DNA of 63,823 nucleotides, the filler included, from Phoronis australis (taxonomy: Eukaryota; Animalia; Phoronida): the NCBI GenBank assembly GCA_002633005.1. It is 8 parts of 8 records of this genome, joined end to end, with 100 filler letters (N's around TTAATTAATTAA, not from the genome) between each part and the next. Parts side by side here need not be neighbours in the genome. Positions count along the whole stretch, not along the records: positions 45,439 to 51,546 come from NMRA01002223.1; positions 51,647 to 55,678 come from NMRA01002738.1; positions 55,779 to 63,823 come from NMRA01001943.1; 5 more parts are not named here. One strand, 5' to 3'. The position numbers and the translations under genes were made by a program. The notes under the pieces were generated by a model. The model saw only the letters and a program-made list of their open reading frames with translations. It ran no database searches and was not told the origin of the DNA. This document shows, in pieces, positions 50,413 through 63,823 of this stretch (positions within the stretch are counted from its first letter, which is position 1; each line of letters opens with the position of its first letter).

Positions 50413-52062
50413 GACTTTGTGTTTTAGTATTTAATTTATGGTAAATTAAGGTTATTACGACAAATGTGCATGCCAAAACTTGAGAAACGAAGCTACATAA
50501 CTATTGTGACGAATGGTGCGTTAAAGGAGCATATCGATGCTGTTTAGTTGTCAATATTGAATTCTAAACCAAAACTTTTGGGATTTAAAAACATTATTAC
50601 ACTCATCCGATCACGAATTCCTTCCATATGACCCGGTAACTCAAATTACACAAAGTTTACAAGCGCCACTTTTGTCTCCAAAATTTTAGGGTTGGCCATC
50701 CCCCAAAAAACTTAAAACGTTCTCTTGAGTCGATGGTGGTTTTTAATGTTTTTTTTTGCGAGGAACAGATATCAAGTCTTGTCCCGGTAAGTAGCACGGT
50801 CAGACTGATTATATTAGCCACATGACTTAATCTAATTCTCGTTTTTGGCAGTTAAACAGTAACAAAATGAAGTTTCAAATGTTCTAAGGTAAAGAAAATG
50901 ATTATTGCAATGAAAAAATGTTTCGTACAGTACTAAGCCGCTATATAGCGTTCAACTACATTATATAATGTAGTTGAACGCGGGTTCAGAGTGGTATTAA
51001 AAGGGAAAATCAGTATCCTCGTCTTTATCTTAAAGATACAAACCGGTGTACATTAAAAGAAGTTTCCAGCAGCACCGACCTGAAAATATGCACAAGACTG
51101 ATATTTTCAGCATGAAAGTGCGCACCGGCTTCCGCAATAAATCAAAGTGGAAAATGAAATGTTTTATCCACAGATCTACCCATCCCAAAGAAGTAAGGGT
51201 GGGTGAGTGGATGCAAAATACGACCAGGATTGTTCGCAAACTCAATCACCGACACGATACTAGGGTAAATAACGAGTCGGTTGTGTTGGTTCATGCCGCA
51301 ACACTACCGTAGAACGCATGATAACCAAGACCCAGGGGAGCAATATAAAAATCTGGAAGAGTTTCAAAAATAAGCGGAGTTTTACACTATTGGTGAACTT
51401 ATAAATAATAATGAAACAGTTTATTAGTCATTGAGCTAGATTCCGACCACATGTGTGGTATATGAGTATGGCAAACATTAAATCAACTACCAAAAACTCG
51501 CCGTGGACCTGTTTACGGTTTGCGACCTGTCAAATATCAAACGCCCNNNNNNNNNNNNNNNNNNNNNNNNNNNNNNNNNNNNNNNNNNNNTTAATTAATT
51601 AANNNNNNNNNNNNNNNNNNNNNNNNNNNNNNNNNNNNNNNNNNNNTATATGATGCAACTCCGGACGGTCTGGGGTCAACAGAAAACCACAGTTCAATTG
51701 TGAGTCTATGTGATAAATGAGAGTAGTTCTACTTGCTACGTCAGCTGCAGGTATGCTTATCTCTTTTATGACACACAATGTGTGATTGGGCAAAGCGTTT
51801 TCAAAATAATGTGGATAAATCAGCGGAGTGTGATACCCCTGAGGTCCCAGTCAAGTCCTCACAACAATTCTAGGTTATGATTCAGTTGGGTTAGGCACAC
51901 AAGTGGGACTTCCCTATTGTGATGCGCAGTCAGTTGCTGCAGTCAGTCCTGATCACTGATATTCATCTCTGTTGCCTAATCCCGCCAAACAAAACAAGCA
52001 GTTGATTACAACTTTGAAATACATTCAGACTTGGCAGTTGGGAAATGACCATGTAAGACCCA

Positions 52063-52233
52063 ATGGGATCACCCAAGACTTCACCAGATATTGCCATGCA
52101 TAACAACCAAAGCATGATGCAACACCTTATGGGATCACCCAAGACTTCACCAGATATTGCCTTGCATAACAACCAAAGCATGATGTAACACCTTATGGGA
52201 TCACACAAGACTTAAGGTGATATTGCCATGCAT
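52063..52233. repeat. 66-bp tandem repeat, ~2.5 copies
   Basis: ATGGGATCACCCAAGACTTCACCAGATATTGCCATGCATAACAACCAAAGCATGATGCAACACCTT. Confidence 0.9.
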
Positions 52234-53913
52234 AGTGTGGTCATATTTAGCTTTTCATGCCAGTGTATTGGGTCTACCAAACCCAGCCCAGGTTAGTCAA
52301 TTGACACTTATAAGTTTAGAACTATAATATCATACAAAGTTATTACCATCCCCAGACAGACTGAGTGTTCAAAACATAGGCTAGTACAGAAGACAATTGA
52401 AATGTCATTAATTTGAACAAGATTATAGCAGATCAACCCTTCTAAGATAGGGCTGGCAGTCATGATATCTAAATTCAGTCTTGCCTAGGACAAATTTTCA
52501 GAGCCACTTACTTTACATTTGAGAATCATTATTTAAGCTGTCATTTGGTTGTAAATGGGGGGGTTATAGTAAGTTGTGGAAATTTTAAGGGCAAATACAA
52601 GCCATTCAGTGTGCCCAGATTACTCTTTTGGATACCAGTGAAGCTCTCATACAACTATAGTGTTCGATGCTGGGATCACGTGCAATGGAACTATGCAAGA
52701 AGAGAAAAAATAACACATCCCACAAAAATTCTCGAGCAACGAAAGTTCCACCTTTGGTTTTGTCCTTTAGATGGTTTCATTTTTGGCATCTAGGTTGAAG
52801 CTGGGTGCTATAAAATTCACATAAAAGCCCTTTGTTTCTTTAAATTGGGCTGTTTTTTGAAGCATTAATTTCCACACATTTTGTGTATTATGACCATATT
52901 CATGTGAACTTAACAACATGTGGTGATTGTTTTTTCAATTATTTCCACGTAATATTTTTAGACAACCCATTTGGACTCGACTTATCATTGGGGAGTTTGT
53001 TGGGGTTGACCAAACCTAATGCTACAGGAATTTGAAAATGACACATATGCATTGCCTCGACTTGAGTTACTGACTCATTCGAGACTAATTCAAGGTTGTA
53101 TGACCGTGGTAATCTCCACGATGAGATTTTTCTAAAGTTACGTTTGTGGACTTACAAAAATATGTTTCAGCAGTGATTTAAACATATTAATTCAAAATTC
53201 TATTCATCAAGACAGTTTTGACGTTGCATGCAAAGTTGACTTCCCCATGATCAGTCAGAGCACCTGATCAGGGATGTCCCCTCAGTTTGAATCCATGGTT
53301 GATAACACTCACAAGAATGTAGTACAAATTGAATTTGAATCTGAAAACTGAAGGCATGGTGAGAAGTGGTCGGTTGGGAACATCTGATAGTTCATTTTTG
53401 CTCAAGCATGTCCTGAACACACCCTAAACAAGAATCCTTCAGCAGGACAGGTTGTATAACCATATGCATTTTCTTTCTGGCACAGCTTCTATTGTGAGTC
53501 AGTCATGCATATAATTAGCTGATAACCATGCTGGAAACTACTTTCCAATTAATAGCTCAGAGCTTTGGTTTTTGTTGACAGTCGTTATTACTTGACCAAT
53601 TTTTGATAATTCAAGAACTGGTATAGTCTAATTTTTACTCCTCTTATGCAGACTTTATGGTTTCCATTGGTTTTCAAGTCCAAAAAAAAGGAAAAACAGA
53701 GCCTTGGTGCTTTCAAACCTTTTTATATATGATCTGACAAGAAATAGTAATCACCCTCACTATGTGACTAAGTGAATGGGATCACTGTACTGATGACTAG
53801 CCCCCCCCTAGTTCAAGGCAAGTCTTGGGGTTGACTGTATGGTAAGTCATTCTTAGCAACTTGTAGATTGAAGTTCTTATTTGGCATTGTATTCAAGTTT
53901 GATTGTCTTTCAG

Positions 53914-54858
53914 CTTTGCAAATCTGTTCACTTCATCTAACAAACCTTCAAAGCGCCCTCTACCATCTGCCACGGTGAGGTACAAAGCTCCAACGACCGA
54001 GGTTCATCCACTTGGAGACCCCAACAAAAAGAAACGGGAGAAATACGCAGGCAAATCAAAGGCTTATGATTTTATGGAGGATGATGGGTAATGTATTTTG
54101 TAGCTTCGGATGAACTTTATTGCTTGTGTTATGGAGTGCGATGTTCCAGGTTATGCAGGAATCATCTCTTCATTTTACACAGAAAAATTTCATCTAGATC
54201 CAAATGCAAAACAATTTTGTCAAAACTGTTTACCAAATGACTGGTACTCTTACAAATTGACACCATCGTTTTCATAATAAATATGTTACAAATAGAATTT
54301 GCTGTATTTCTGATTATGTACCGTAAAACGGTAAGCAAAGTTTAATAATGCAGAACTTCACTTTTTAAAGAAAAAGTTAAACAAAAATTGTGCTGTATTT
54401 TATGATATGTTCACATTTTAGTGATATTGTCAGTTATTTATTTGTAACAAGATTCATTGGTAAATAAAAAGGATTTTCTTTAATTGAACAATAAAATGAA
54501 AATCAAAAATTTGTTGAACTTGAATCTTTAATCTTTACTTTTATTGCTAAATAAAATGCCAATATTTCACTTCCTAAAGAGCAGCACGTGTGTTCTTGAT
54601 GATAAGGGTCAAATGCTTCCATTTTACAGCGTGTCAGACAAGTCTAGAAAAGAGCGTGAAAGGGAGCGCCGAGAGCAATACAAGCAAGTGAGAGCACATG
54701 TCAAAAAAGACGATGGACGTCTGCAGGCATATGGGTGGAGCCTACCCGCCAAACTGACGACTATCCCCACCCACCAAAGCTCGCAAAACAAACCACAGGT
54801 GCCAGTACCTGTCCCTGTCTATTGCCGCCCTCTGTTGGAGAAAGAACATGGAATGAAG
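53914..54858 (+). CDS. MAPK8IP3: JNK-interacting protein 3/4 (JIP3/JIP4, Sunday driver/UNC-16) internal exons 53914-54087 and 54630-54858
   Basis: FANLFTSS...V.YKAPT...KAYDFMEDDG + RERREQYKQVRAHVKKDDGRLQAYGWSLP...VPVPVPVYCRPLLEKEHGMK, hallmark JIP3/SPAG9 motifs. Canonical splice sites with a phase-2 join. Confidence 0.93.
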
Positions 54859-57789
54859 GTGGGTTGTTGGTTTTTCTATAAATGATATCAGTGATATTTC
54901 TGCCACATTTTTGGTAAACAACTACTAACTTGACAACTGATGTGAATTGAATTTGAATGATTCAGGTAATTAAATTTTTGTGAGAGTCAGGGATGTCATT
55001 TCCCGTTATCGAAGTAAAAGTATCTTAGACATTGTTTTAAAACATTCCTCATTATTTTTCAACTTTAAACCAGTCAATCTTTTGTGAGTAGAGCATTTTA
55101 AAAGTTTATCTCACCAATACACAGATTTTACCGTAAACTGTCCTGCTAGACCAATAGCGAAACAAAGTCAAGGAATTTGGCCTACAGTACATAGCATTAA
55201 CTAAACTACTGTGAAGCACAGGTATTGAATCAGATACACAGTCATACAGTCGTTCATTTTGTCTTAGTATTGTGACAAAAGCATGATAAGTTAAAATTTA
55301 ATCAGATTTTTTGGTGCAATGGGGACAGAAATGTCCATGAATGATGATAAGATCCACAATACTAAGAGCTCTATTATGTAACATGTTAGAACACTTGCAA
55401 TATGGTGGTCTGATCATGATAATCACTGAGATGCACTAATAAAAGCTCCTGTGTCGTGATGTACTGAAGTTATAAACTCTGTCTTGGAAGATTTTAAAGT
55501 AGCTATAAACTCGACTTTCATTACAAAAATCAGCTTTAGATTTAGAACTCTTACCAATGGGACACAGATTGTCCTCAGTCAGAGTGGAGGTGATTTCAGG
55601 ACTGGAGACACTGACAGTACATTATTGCTTGAAATGAGCCTCTACTATTTGGCAAGTCATGATATGTCATTTTATGCCNNNNNNNNNNNNNNNNNNNNNN
55701 NNNNNNNNNNNNNNNNNNNNNNTTAATTAATTAANNNNNNNNNNNNNNNNNNNNNNNNNNNNNNNNNNNNNNNNNNNNATGGGTGTGAAATACAATATTT
55801 TGTCAGTTGCTTGCGTAATGGCAACATACACAGTGCTTTCTCAACTTTGAAGTAGTCATTTCAATGATTATAGTATTAAGCTAACAATTCTTATCAATCA
55901 GGTCTTGTTAGTGTACCCAAAGACAGTACTTCATTTTTGTCTCTGAGACATTGGATGTTACAAGATTTTAAGGCCACCACAAACGGGGAAGCACGAGCTG
56001 CATTTGGCCTTCCGCTTTCAAAGCAAAACGTTTCAAAAGCAAGATACGTCTACGCATGTAAATGGCGCATCGCAAACTTATCATGAATATTTCGGTAACT
56101 GGTAGCTCTGTGAACATGCATATGCTCAGAATGCTGTGCTATTCAGTATAATTTATGCGAAGCATGGGATCCCATTTTTGTGTTAAGTAGGCCTACGATG
56201 ATACAGAAACTGGGCTAATCCCCACAGTGATGTCGAGCAGCCACGGATATTTATTTATTTATTTATTATTGTGATATTTAAAATGAGGGTTGCCTCTTCA
56301 GTGATAGCACTGCTTTCCAAGAGGGCCCTCAAACAAACATCTGCATGATAGCAGCCCCTTGAAATCTACTTGTACTGAAGCTTAAATGTATCCAGAATCA
56401 CCTGTCTTTGAATTACACGCCAATAAGGGAGTAATTACCAAAATTCTAGCATCATTTAACACAGGACTGGTGTTTCACTGAGCTTGCATAAACTTATGAA
56501 TGACAGCACAGACTCAATACCGCTACACGCTACCGTTCGTTTGCTTTACTGGATCCATTTTTAAAATGAGGTTATTTTGACGCAATCGTGTGTTTCAAAT
56601 ACAATTCACTAAAACTTAAAAGCGTTTCGATGTCTTCGAACTGAGAGCAATTTTAATCCACTCAACTCCGGTATTTCACTAACCCGCGTGCTGGAATGAC
56701 AACTTCGATCTCGCGATGTTAAGGTTGCCCTGCATTCTTCGAAATCGTTTGCAATCGCTTGTTCCGGCATTGCTTCTTGGTGTGGAATATAAGATTTATA
56801 TGGTGACATTTTTGTTTTGTTAAAACAAATGAATTACTTGTAGACCTGCCATCACGGAAAATACCATTCCAACCAATTTAACCATAATGATTAAATATTT
56901 GCAGCAGCATAAAAAAACGTCAGGATACCGTGTATGGTGAACGCTAGACGAAAGGCCCGAAACCACTCGAAGGCGTGAATTGGTGATGTTGCAAAATCAC
57001 ATGAAAAACCCTGTTTTTAGTCAACGGGAGATAGGGTAGGGCTATGTCGCGTAGAAAATTACGAGATTACAAGCGGGACTATGCAATTTTTTCAATTCCC
57101 GTTTTTATGTAACCCAAAAAGTTGACAAATAACACAAGTTTTGAAAATTTAATTTCCACACATAATTTATGTCCAAGTTGAATTGTGTCTTCTCGAATTC
57201 ATGACACATTATTTAACATTTTCATATACATTATGTGATACTTTATACATTGTTCTTATTACATCGTACAGAAATAAGATACACCGGGAGTTTGGTTGAG
57301 TGGAATAAATACATGTACGTCCATCACCAAACGATTTACAGGAAATGGTCCGAAGTTGAAAGATGAAAAAAGAACAACCTAGTCAAATTCCATAAGCTCT
57401 CATTTCATTTGCCACTGGCTTGACTTATACCTGGGAGGGAATATATGCAGATTTGCACAAATTGGGCACTTCGTGACAAGTTTTTGAAATTTGGTACAAT
57501 GTTAGGTTTAAGCAAAGGAAATTCAAAAAACACCGCAAACAATGTGTGCTGACCCCCACGTGGTTGCTACGCGTAAAATCGAATTTTTCCGCCGCCGAAA
57601 ATGGAAATTGGCGTATCTCATATATTATTATCACTAAACCAAATTCTGATATCATGTTTTCAATACTTTTGAGGTGAGGAGTTCATTTCTGGTATTAGTT
57701 TTATGTTTTGAGGCCAATTCCAATGCAAGATGATTGTTTCAAGGCAAATGTCATTTACAAATAACTCCAATTTATGTTTGTCCTCGTGG

Positions 57790-59975
57790 AAGTTACTTTG
57801 CTCAAATAATGTGTACATCGAAGTGACTCGCCTTTGCAGGCAACAACACAGTCACAGTGGAGAAGTAGGGAACACGCCTGGCTTATATCTTCTATGTCTA
57901 GCAATTATGAGACCCATTTTTAGTTCTAGCATTCCATTCCCAAGCCCATTGACCTGGGTTTAGTATCGGGATTTTTTTGGTGAGGGACGTGCTTGGAGCG
58001 ACATGAACATCTTGGTGATGAAATCCGTATTCGCTTTGGTAGATCCCAACTTGTCACTACCTTTCTTCAAATCAGTGAGTGGTCTGTTGGCGAAAGTGAA
58101 CAACTCGGTCCTTGGGATGATGTCAGACAACGGTTTGGTAGCGATATCAGTTATTGTTTTAACAAACTCTATGAATTAGGTTTGACCAATATCCTTGCTT
58201 CTGGACGTGCGTAGAGAAGCATGCATTCTCAAACTCATCAATTAACCTCAGCACTTCTTACTTTGATAGTTCAATCGTTATCTTCTCTTTTTGTTGGCAT
58301 AGAGCCCATTTGCACCACTGTACCCCTTCGCGAACATGATACTGTACTTTTGGCTTTGGTCAAGAGCCTTCTAAGAAAACTTCCATGAAAGATTCGTGTA
58401 CTGAAGGGTGGCACTGTGGAAGCTGTTCCATATCTCTCAGAAAAACAGGCATCCAGCGTGCTTAATTTGTATTTCTAAATTAAAAAACATGGACACATTT
58501 CTTCATTGCCCTGCCACTGACATGGAATAAAGCGACAGTTAATGAGCAGATACTCTCTCAAAATTTTCTGGTACCAAATTGTTGTAGCATTACTAAATTG
58601 TTTTTCCCACATATCAAAGCGTTCGTAAGGTCCATAGCCTTCATGAGAGGACTCATCATATGCCAATTTCTTTTAACTACTCATTAAGCCAAACAAGAGT
58701 GAGCTGGTATGCATACCCGGTACGCTGGACATGCTTTCCACCCAAAAGAGATGATGCAACAACAAGAATGAAGACATTGGCCAGGGAGAACATGTTGTCG
58801 CATCCATATCCATCCAGCAGTTTACCTGTACACTCTTGAGATGCCACTTCGACGTGGAGCATGCCCATGGAAGCATTCCATAGTGCATGCGATTCTATTG
58901 TGGCGCTGATGTTCCTTTGGTTTTCTGTCATTTTTTCCTCAACAGAGTTCGAACGCTGAAGCAAGACATCTAGGCTTGACAGAAAAGGTTTCGGGACTGG
59001 CTAACTGAAATAATTTGAAGTGAATGATCCATTGAGTTGCGCGTGTGGTGAAAGATTATATTTACGATGCATGACACCAACTTCAGAAAACTTCTTAGCT
59101 TCGTCCTCCGTAACCTGGAGATGCGCAGTCTCTGTCACAGCGGCGCTATCTGTCTTCTTATGAGAGATGTAAATGTCACAACTCATCGAGTATTCAGACA
59201 ACCACACCCTAGATTTGCTAAAACATGTTCTTTGAACCGTTTTGGGTGCACATACACACCAATCGAATCATAGCCCAGCTGCTGCAGACGACGATAATAG
59301 AGCTTTCACAACTCCGCAAGCTTGAAAGTGCAATGGTTGGACTTCACAAATGCTACTAGATGAGCGACTACCAAATGATCGTATTGATGACTTACGTAAG
59401 TATTCTTGACGCATGACGTCTAGGATGCTCGAGCATCGTTTTTCAGATGAACGAGTATAATATATGTAATATTGGACATCACCAGCCTGACTCGTGAGTG
59501 GCTGGCAATAAGAAATGAACATTCGTTGGAAATCACGGTACCGATTGGGGCCAATCGATTTTAGAACGCTCTCTGACACTAACTTAAGTTCCAAAACTTC
59601 TGAAATGTCTTCTTGCTGGCTCTGCTCGTAGTAATATAAACTTCATTGCCGCAGGCTAGCCAACACAAGACTTTTTCTTCGAAGAGGACTTTTATAAATT
59701 TCAAATTGTTTTGACTTTCGGTGGAAACTGCCTTACGAATACAACTCAACACAAAGGAAACTTGCACAATAACTACGTTTTTTAAAGAATTGCATGAGTT
59801 CTGATGATAACAATAACATTGTACTGACCAGGTCAGTGTCTCAGGGGATTAACATTGGGTGCATTCTTACTGGTGTTGGTCACCGGATGTTCGGTTACCT
59901 TTAAATTCACATAGATCTGCGAAAATGATTACGTAATTGCACTGATTCTGTACTGACCAGGTTAAACGTTCGTCG
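57790..59975 (-). mobile_element. Academ (AcademX-type) transposon relic, internally deleted
   Basis: LNGSFTSN..PVP; MGMLHVEVA...GKHVQRTGYAYQLT; ARWMPVFLRDMEQLP..HPSVHESFM; ALDQSQ; C-terminal P..WAWEWN...ACSLLLHCDC...CKG..LRCT (Cys-rich tail). Many stops and frameshifts. Confidence 0.75.
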
Positions 59976-60129
59976 TTTTATGGCTTGTATCTATATAAAT
60001 GTTAAGGAAATATTCGGGCAACATTTTTATGAGATGATGGGTTTTGCATGAGCAAACAATAATTTTTTGTTGGAAAATAATGGGAAAATTTTGAACCAAA
60101 AATTAAATATCTCACAATATTCAAATTAT

Positions 60130-60440
60130 AAAAACTTGAAAACGTAAATTTCCATCACATAGAAACCTTAGAGTTTTTAGAAAATTCAAGTTTTCCACAC
60201 ATGAAAAAAATCCAGTTTGCTGAAAAACTTATGAAGTCAGGAAAACTTAAGTTTCTATAATTGGAAAAACTAAAAATTGCGAAAAACTTAAAAAGTCAGG
60301 AAAACTAAGTTTTTGGCGAAAAACTTTAATTTTAAAAACTTAAGTTTCTTTTAAAAACTTAAGTTTTTCGGAAGGGAAGAACTTAAGTTTTTCCTCTAAA
60401 ACTTAAGTTACTTTCAGCGAAAAACTTAAGTTCATTTTTG
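60130..60440. repeat. degenerate AAAACTTAAGTTTT palindromic minisatellite
   Basis: Many imperfect copies of AAAAACTTAAGTT(T). Confidence 0.8.
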
Positions 60441-62439
60441 TAAGGGCTATTCCAACCGACGAAACAAGATACATGTACCATCAATGACGACTCCCGTACA
60501 TAGACCGATCAACTGAAGTCCGGTGTAAGCTTTTCCTGTCGTTGTCCCTGTTTCCATTTATTTGTTTCATTTTTTTGTGATACACAATGGTGCTGTTGCT
60601 TTCATTGTATTATGTGCGTGACTCGTTTCCATTTCTGCTTTTGTCACGTATCAATCCCGTTCGTCATTTTTGTTGGAAGTTTTGTACTTTTACCGAGGTG
60701 AACACGTAACACGATCCTGCTTACACGAGAATGAGCTGAGTCACGAGAACAGCCAATAAGGTTCACAAACTGGCGACAAATTTCCTCTGATACTGTAAGT
60801 ATTTCAAACATTCCATTGTTAGGATCTTGGAGAACCGAGGTGTAGGAGCGATTGCTCGCAAACTCGCGTTAATAATAACGGCATTGGGTTCTTAAAGCAT
60901 AAACTAATATCAGTAAATAGTGAATTGGATGTTTCTGCTTCTAATCGGCTGCAGTAGAAAGAAACTGTGCAGCCTGCTAACCATGTTCAAAAACATACTT
61001 AGGACTGAAAGGTCAATTTCGTATTCTTAACTTCACCTACATCCCATTATGACTCTGTTCAAATAATTGAATCAGGAAGCTGCACTTAGCTCTTGGCGGA
61101 AAAAAAACACGCCGATGACTTATAAACGAGTACTTGTGAGCTTCGGGATGTAATGGTTTGGGTTAGCAATCCTGACCACGAATTGAAGTGCTAGAACAAT
61201 GATGGGGTCGGTGGTAGCGTCACACCCATGTACATGTAGCAGCATCGACTTGGCACTGTAGCCAAATTTTTACAAAAATATAGGTTTTTAATCAGTAAAA
61301 AGTGTAAATTTCCTCAACGTAGAAGAATTTGATTTTTAACCTAGCATTAATCTGCTTCTCACTGGGTATTATGACCATGTTTTGAATAAAATTGAACAAA
61401 GTGAGTTGCACAAAACAACGGTATCAATAACGAAACCAAATTGTATTGGATTTAAATGTTCAAAATGAAATCTCAGAAACGTTATTGCAGTTCCCAAAAT
61501 TATCATTTCATGATTTTTCTTGAAAAATCGCAAATGGTAATTTTCGATAGACCCCATGCATATTGTGAAGATTCAAGTACAATTGATAAAGGCATTCTAA
61601 AAGCAATGCGTAATACACGGTATTTGAAAGTGTCGTGTGAATCCATTCTACCATTTCCTAAATATGTAATTCCAAAGCTTGTCAAGTTTAGCCATTCTTA
61701 AGGTCCTACATTACCTTAGGCTGATGACTGGCATTCAACGGCGCAGTTTACATGCAACCGGCTAACGATGTCCAGGATTAAATGCGTAAATGTGAATGGA
61801 GAAAAAAATTACATTTTTATGTCGTTTCTGTTGTGTATTCGTTTGCAACGTACTCCATGTAACGTTTAGACATTTTCTTAGTTAACATTTCTTGCAAACT
61901 GTATTAACTGAAGAAATTAAATAATCGTCGGTTCCTCGCACTCTCCCCAAAGATGTTGAACCTGACACTGCCTGAAGAGCAGACGAGACGATTACACATT
62001 GCCGGGGACGACATTTGTAACGTTGGTAGGTCTTTGATATGAATTGATCGCGTTGTTTTTTTTTTCTTTGTTTTTGACTTTCAAATTTTCCGAATCGACT
62101 CTCTTTATAGTAAAATTAGGAAAAAGCCAGCCAAGCTCACAGTCCGATTGATTGGTCCTGCAAATCAGCACTTGTATGTTCAGATGGAGTCGAGCTTGTG
62201 TACACTGGGTCAAGGGGGTTATGGGCCGTGAATAGAAGGGGTTGTGGGATGTGCGGATCGATGGGAGTTTTAGAAATATGTGGTCTTCAGCTAACTCAAA
62301 CTAAGAAGTCAGATTGTAGCAAATGGTGTTACATTGTCGTCCCAGACACGAATAATTCTAACAGGACAATGGTGTCGTAATGGTGGGAAGTAAATTACAC
62401 CAAAAGACGATACGTTGTATTGGTGTCCATATGACCATG

Positions 62440-63300
62440 GCACGGACATTTCGGGGCCTTTAATTTCACTGATAATCAACATACTTTTATGCAATGAACA
62501 TTTTGAAAATTTCCTTGACGACTCCCCTGTCCCAACCTTTAAATATATAACCGTTGATGCTGACGAAGCACCAATGATAATGAAAAACCTATATCTAATC
62601 CACTACAGATAGTGATGGTCTAATATATTCATTCATCAATAATGCTACAACTTCTTATGCCAACCAATTTCAATGACTATAAAGCAATCCCTCTACCCAG
62701 GGAATTTTCCAGATGGTTTGAAGGAAAACCCTATTTACTAAGGTAATGCCACCGACAGTAACACTCTTGTAAACTACAAACCAGTACATTTTCTACCTTC
62801 AGTTTCCAAATGTTTTGAAAAACAATTCCATGATCAAGTCTACACTTTTTCTCTCATAACAATCTTCTATGATATGTCCCAGTATGGTTTCAGACCCGAC
62901 CACTCCATTTAACTCGCAGAAACTTATTTGTCCACCTCTTTTCAAAAAAATCGACAAAATTTTTGAGCCCTATCATCTTTCGTGGAACAAGCATGTTCAG
63001 AAAATTTCTGACAAAATTGCAACAAACAGTGGGCTTTCTCTCCATATTGAAACCCTATTTCTCAGAGCGCACACTCCTGGTGACATATACTATCACATCT
63101 TTTTAGCATAACACTATGGGGGTTCAATGATTGTACGAGAGTGAAACTTTTGCAGAAAAAAATGTAAAATGTAAACAATTCTTCGTTTTTTCACACACAC
63201 AGACAATATTTTAGGAAATCAGAACACTTCTTCTTGACGACATATTTAACCAAGCATGGCTAAAACTCTTCTTTGATTCAAGCATAGTTAATTGCCCATT
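62440..63300 (+). mobile_element. L2/CR1/Crack-like LINE RT fragments
   Basis: GNFPDGLK, NYKPVHFLPSVSKCFEK, SQYGFRPDHS, HLSWNKHVQKISDKIA. Confidence 0.8.
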
Positions 63301-63424
63301 TAGATTTATGATAACAATTTTTCCAATTCCGTCAGTAACAAATGATTGCTCTAAAATCCCTAGACCCCCACGACCCACAACCCTCTCGACCCATGACCTT
63401 AGCAATATATGTTTCCTTACGTTT

Positions 63425-63823
63425 GATGAACGTTTAACTTGGTCAGTACAGATTTTAAATTAGTGCAAGGCGTAATCATTATCGCACGTCTTTGTGAATT
63501 TAAATGTAGACGACCATCCGGTGACCAACAGCTGTAAGAATGCACCCAATGTTAATCCCTTGAGACACTGACCTGGTCAGTACAATGTAATCAATAGAAC
63601 TCATGCAATTCTGAAAAAAAACGTAGTTATTGTGCAAGTTTCCTTTGTGTTGAGTTGTATTCGAAAGGCAGTTTCCACCGGAAGTCAACAGTTTGAATTT
63701 TATAAACCGACAGTCCACTTCGAAGAAAAAGTCGTGTTGGCTAGCCCGCGACAATGAAGTTTATGTTACTACGAGCAGAGCCAGCAAGAAGACATTTCAG
63801 AAGTTTTGGAAGTCAGGTTAGTG
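63425..63823 (+). mobile_element. second, inverted copy of the Academ 5' region
   Basis: Diverged reverse complement of 59577-59975, running off the window end. Confidence 0.8.

Noticed and set aside
14783-55778. Recurring TTAATTAATTAA motif, and apparent clustering of genes across the window
   Set aside because: Artificial six-frame-stop linker inside N runs; adjacency across these spacers has no demonstrated biological meaning.

Overview
Repeat-rich, intron-containing animal genomic DNA, most likely from a highly heterozygous marine invertebrate (inferred from the transposon repertoire and the GT-AG exon structure). It is not one continuous locus. Eight short contigs are joined by seven identical 100-bp artificial spacers (44 N + TTAATTAATTAA + 44 N), and single-N joins sit between duplicated, probably allelic, segments. 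Host genes visible as spliced exons: a VOPP1/WBP1-like small membrane protein (minus, ~789-4778), three exons of an unknown Cys/Lys-rich protein (minus, 16111-17746), two degenerate CAP/SCP-domain exons (minus, 23064-23948), two JIP3/JIP4 (MAPK8IP3/SPAG9) exons (plus, 53914-54858), and weaker exon candidates. The rest is mostly decayed mobile DNA: a tRNA-derived SINE, L1/Tx1, RTEX-like, L2/CR1/Crack-like and Penelope fragments, four THAP-domain relics, AcademX relics and several MITEs. Two elements stand out: an internally deleted Kolobok element carrying a KolX/P2X7-ballast-like gene, and a transposase-less TA-flanked TIR element carrying a HIRAN-like cargo. No rRNA, bona fide tRNA or CRISPR array was seen. 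All family calls come from motif recognition by eye, not from database searches.
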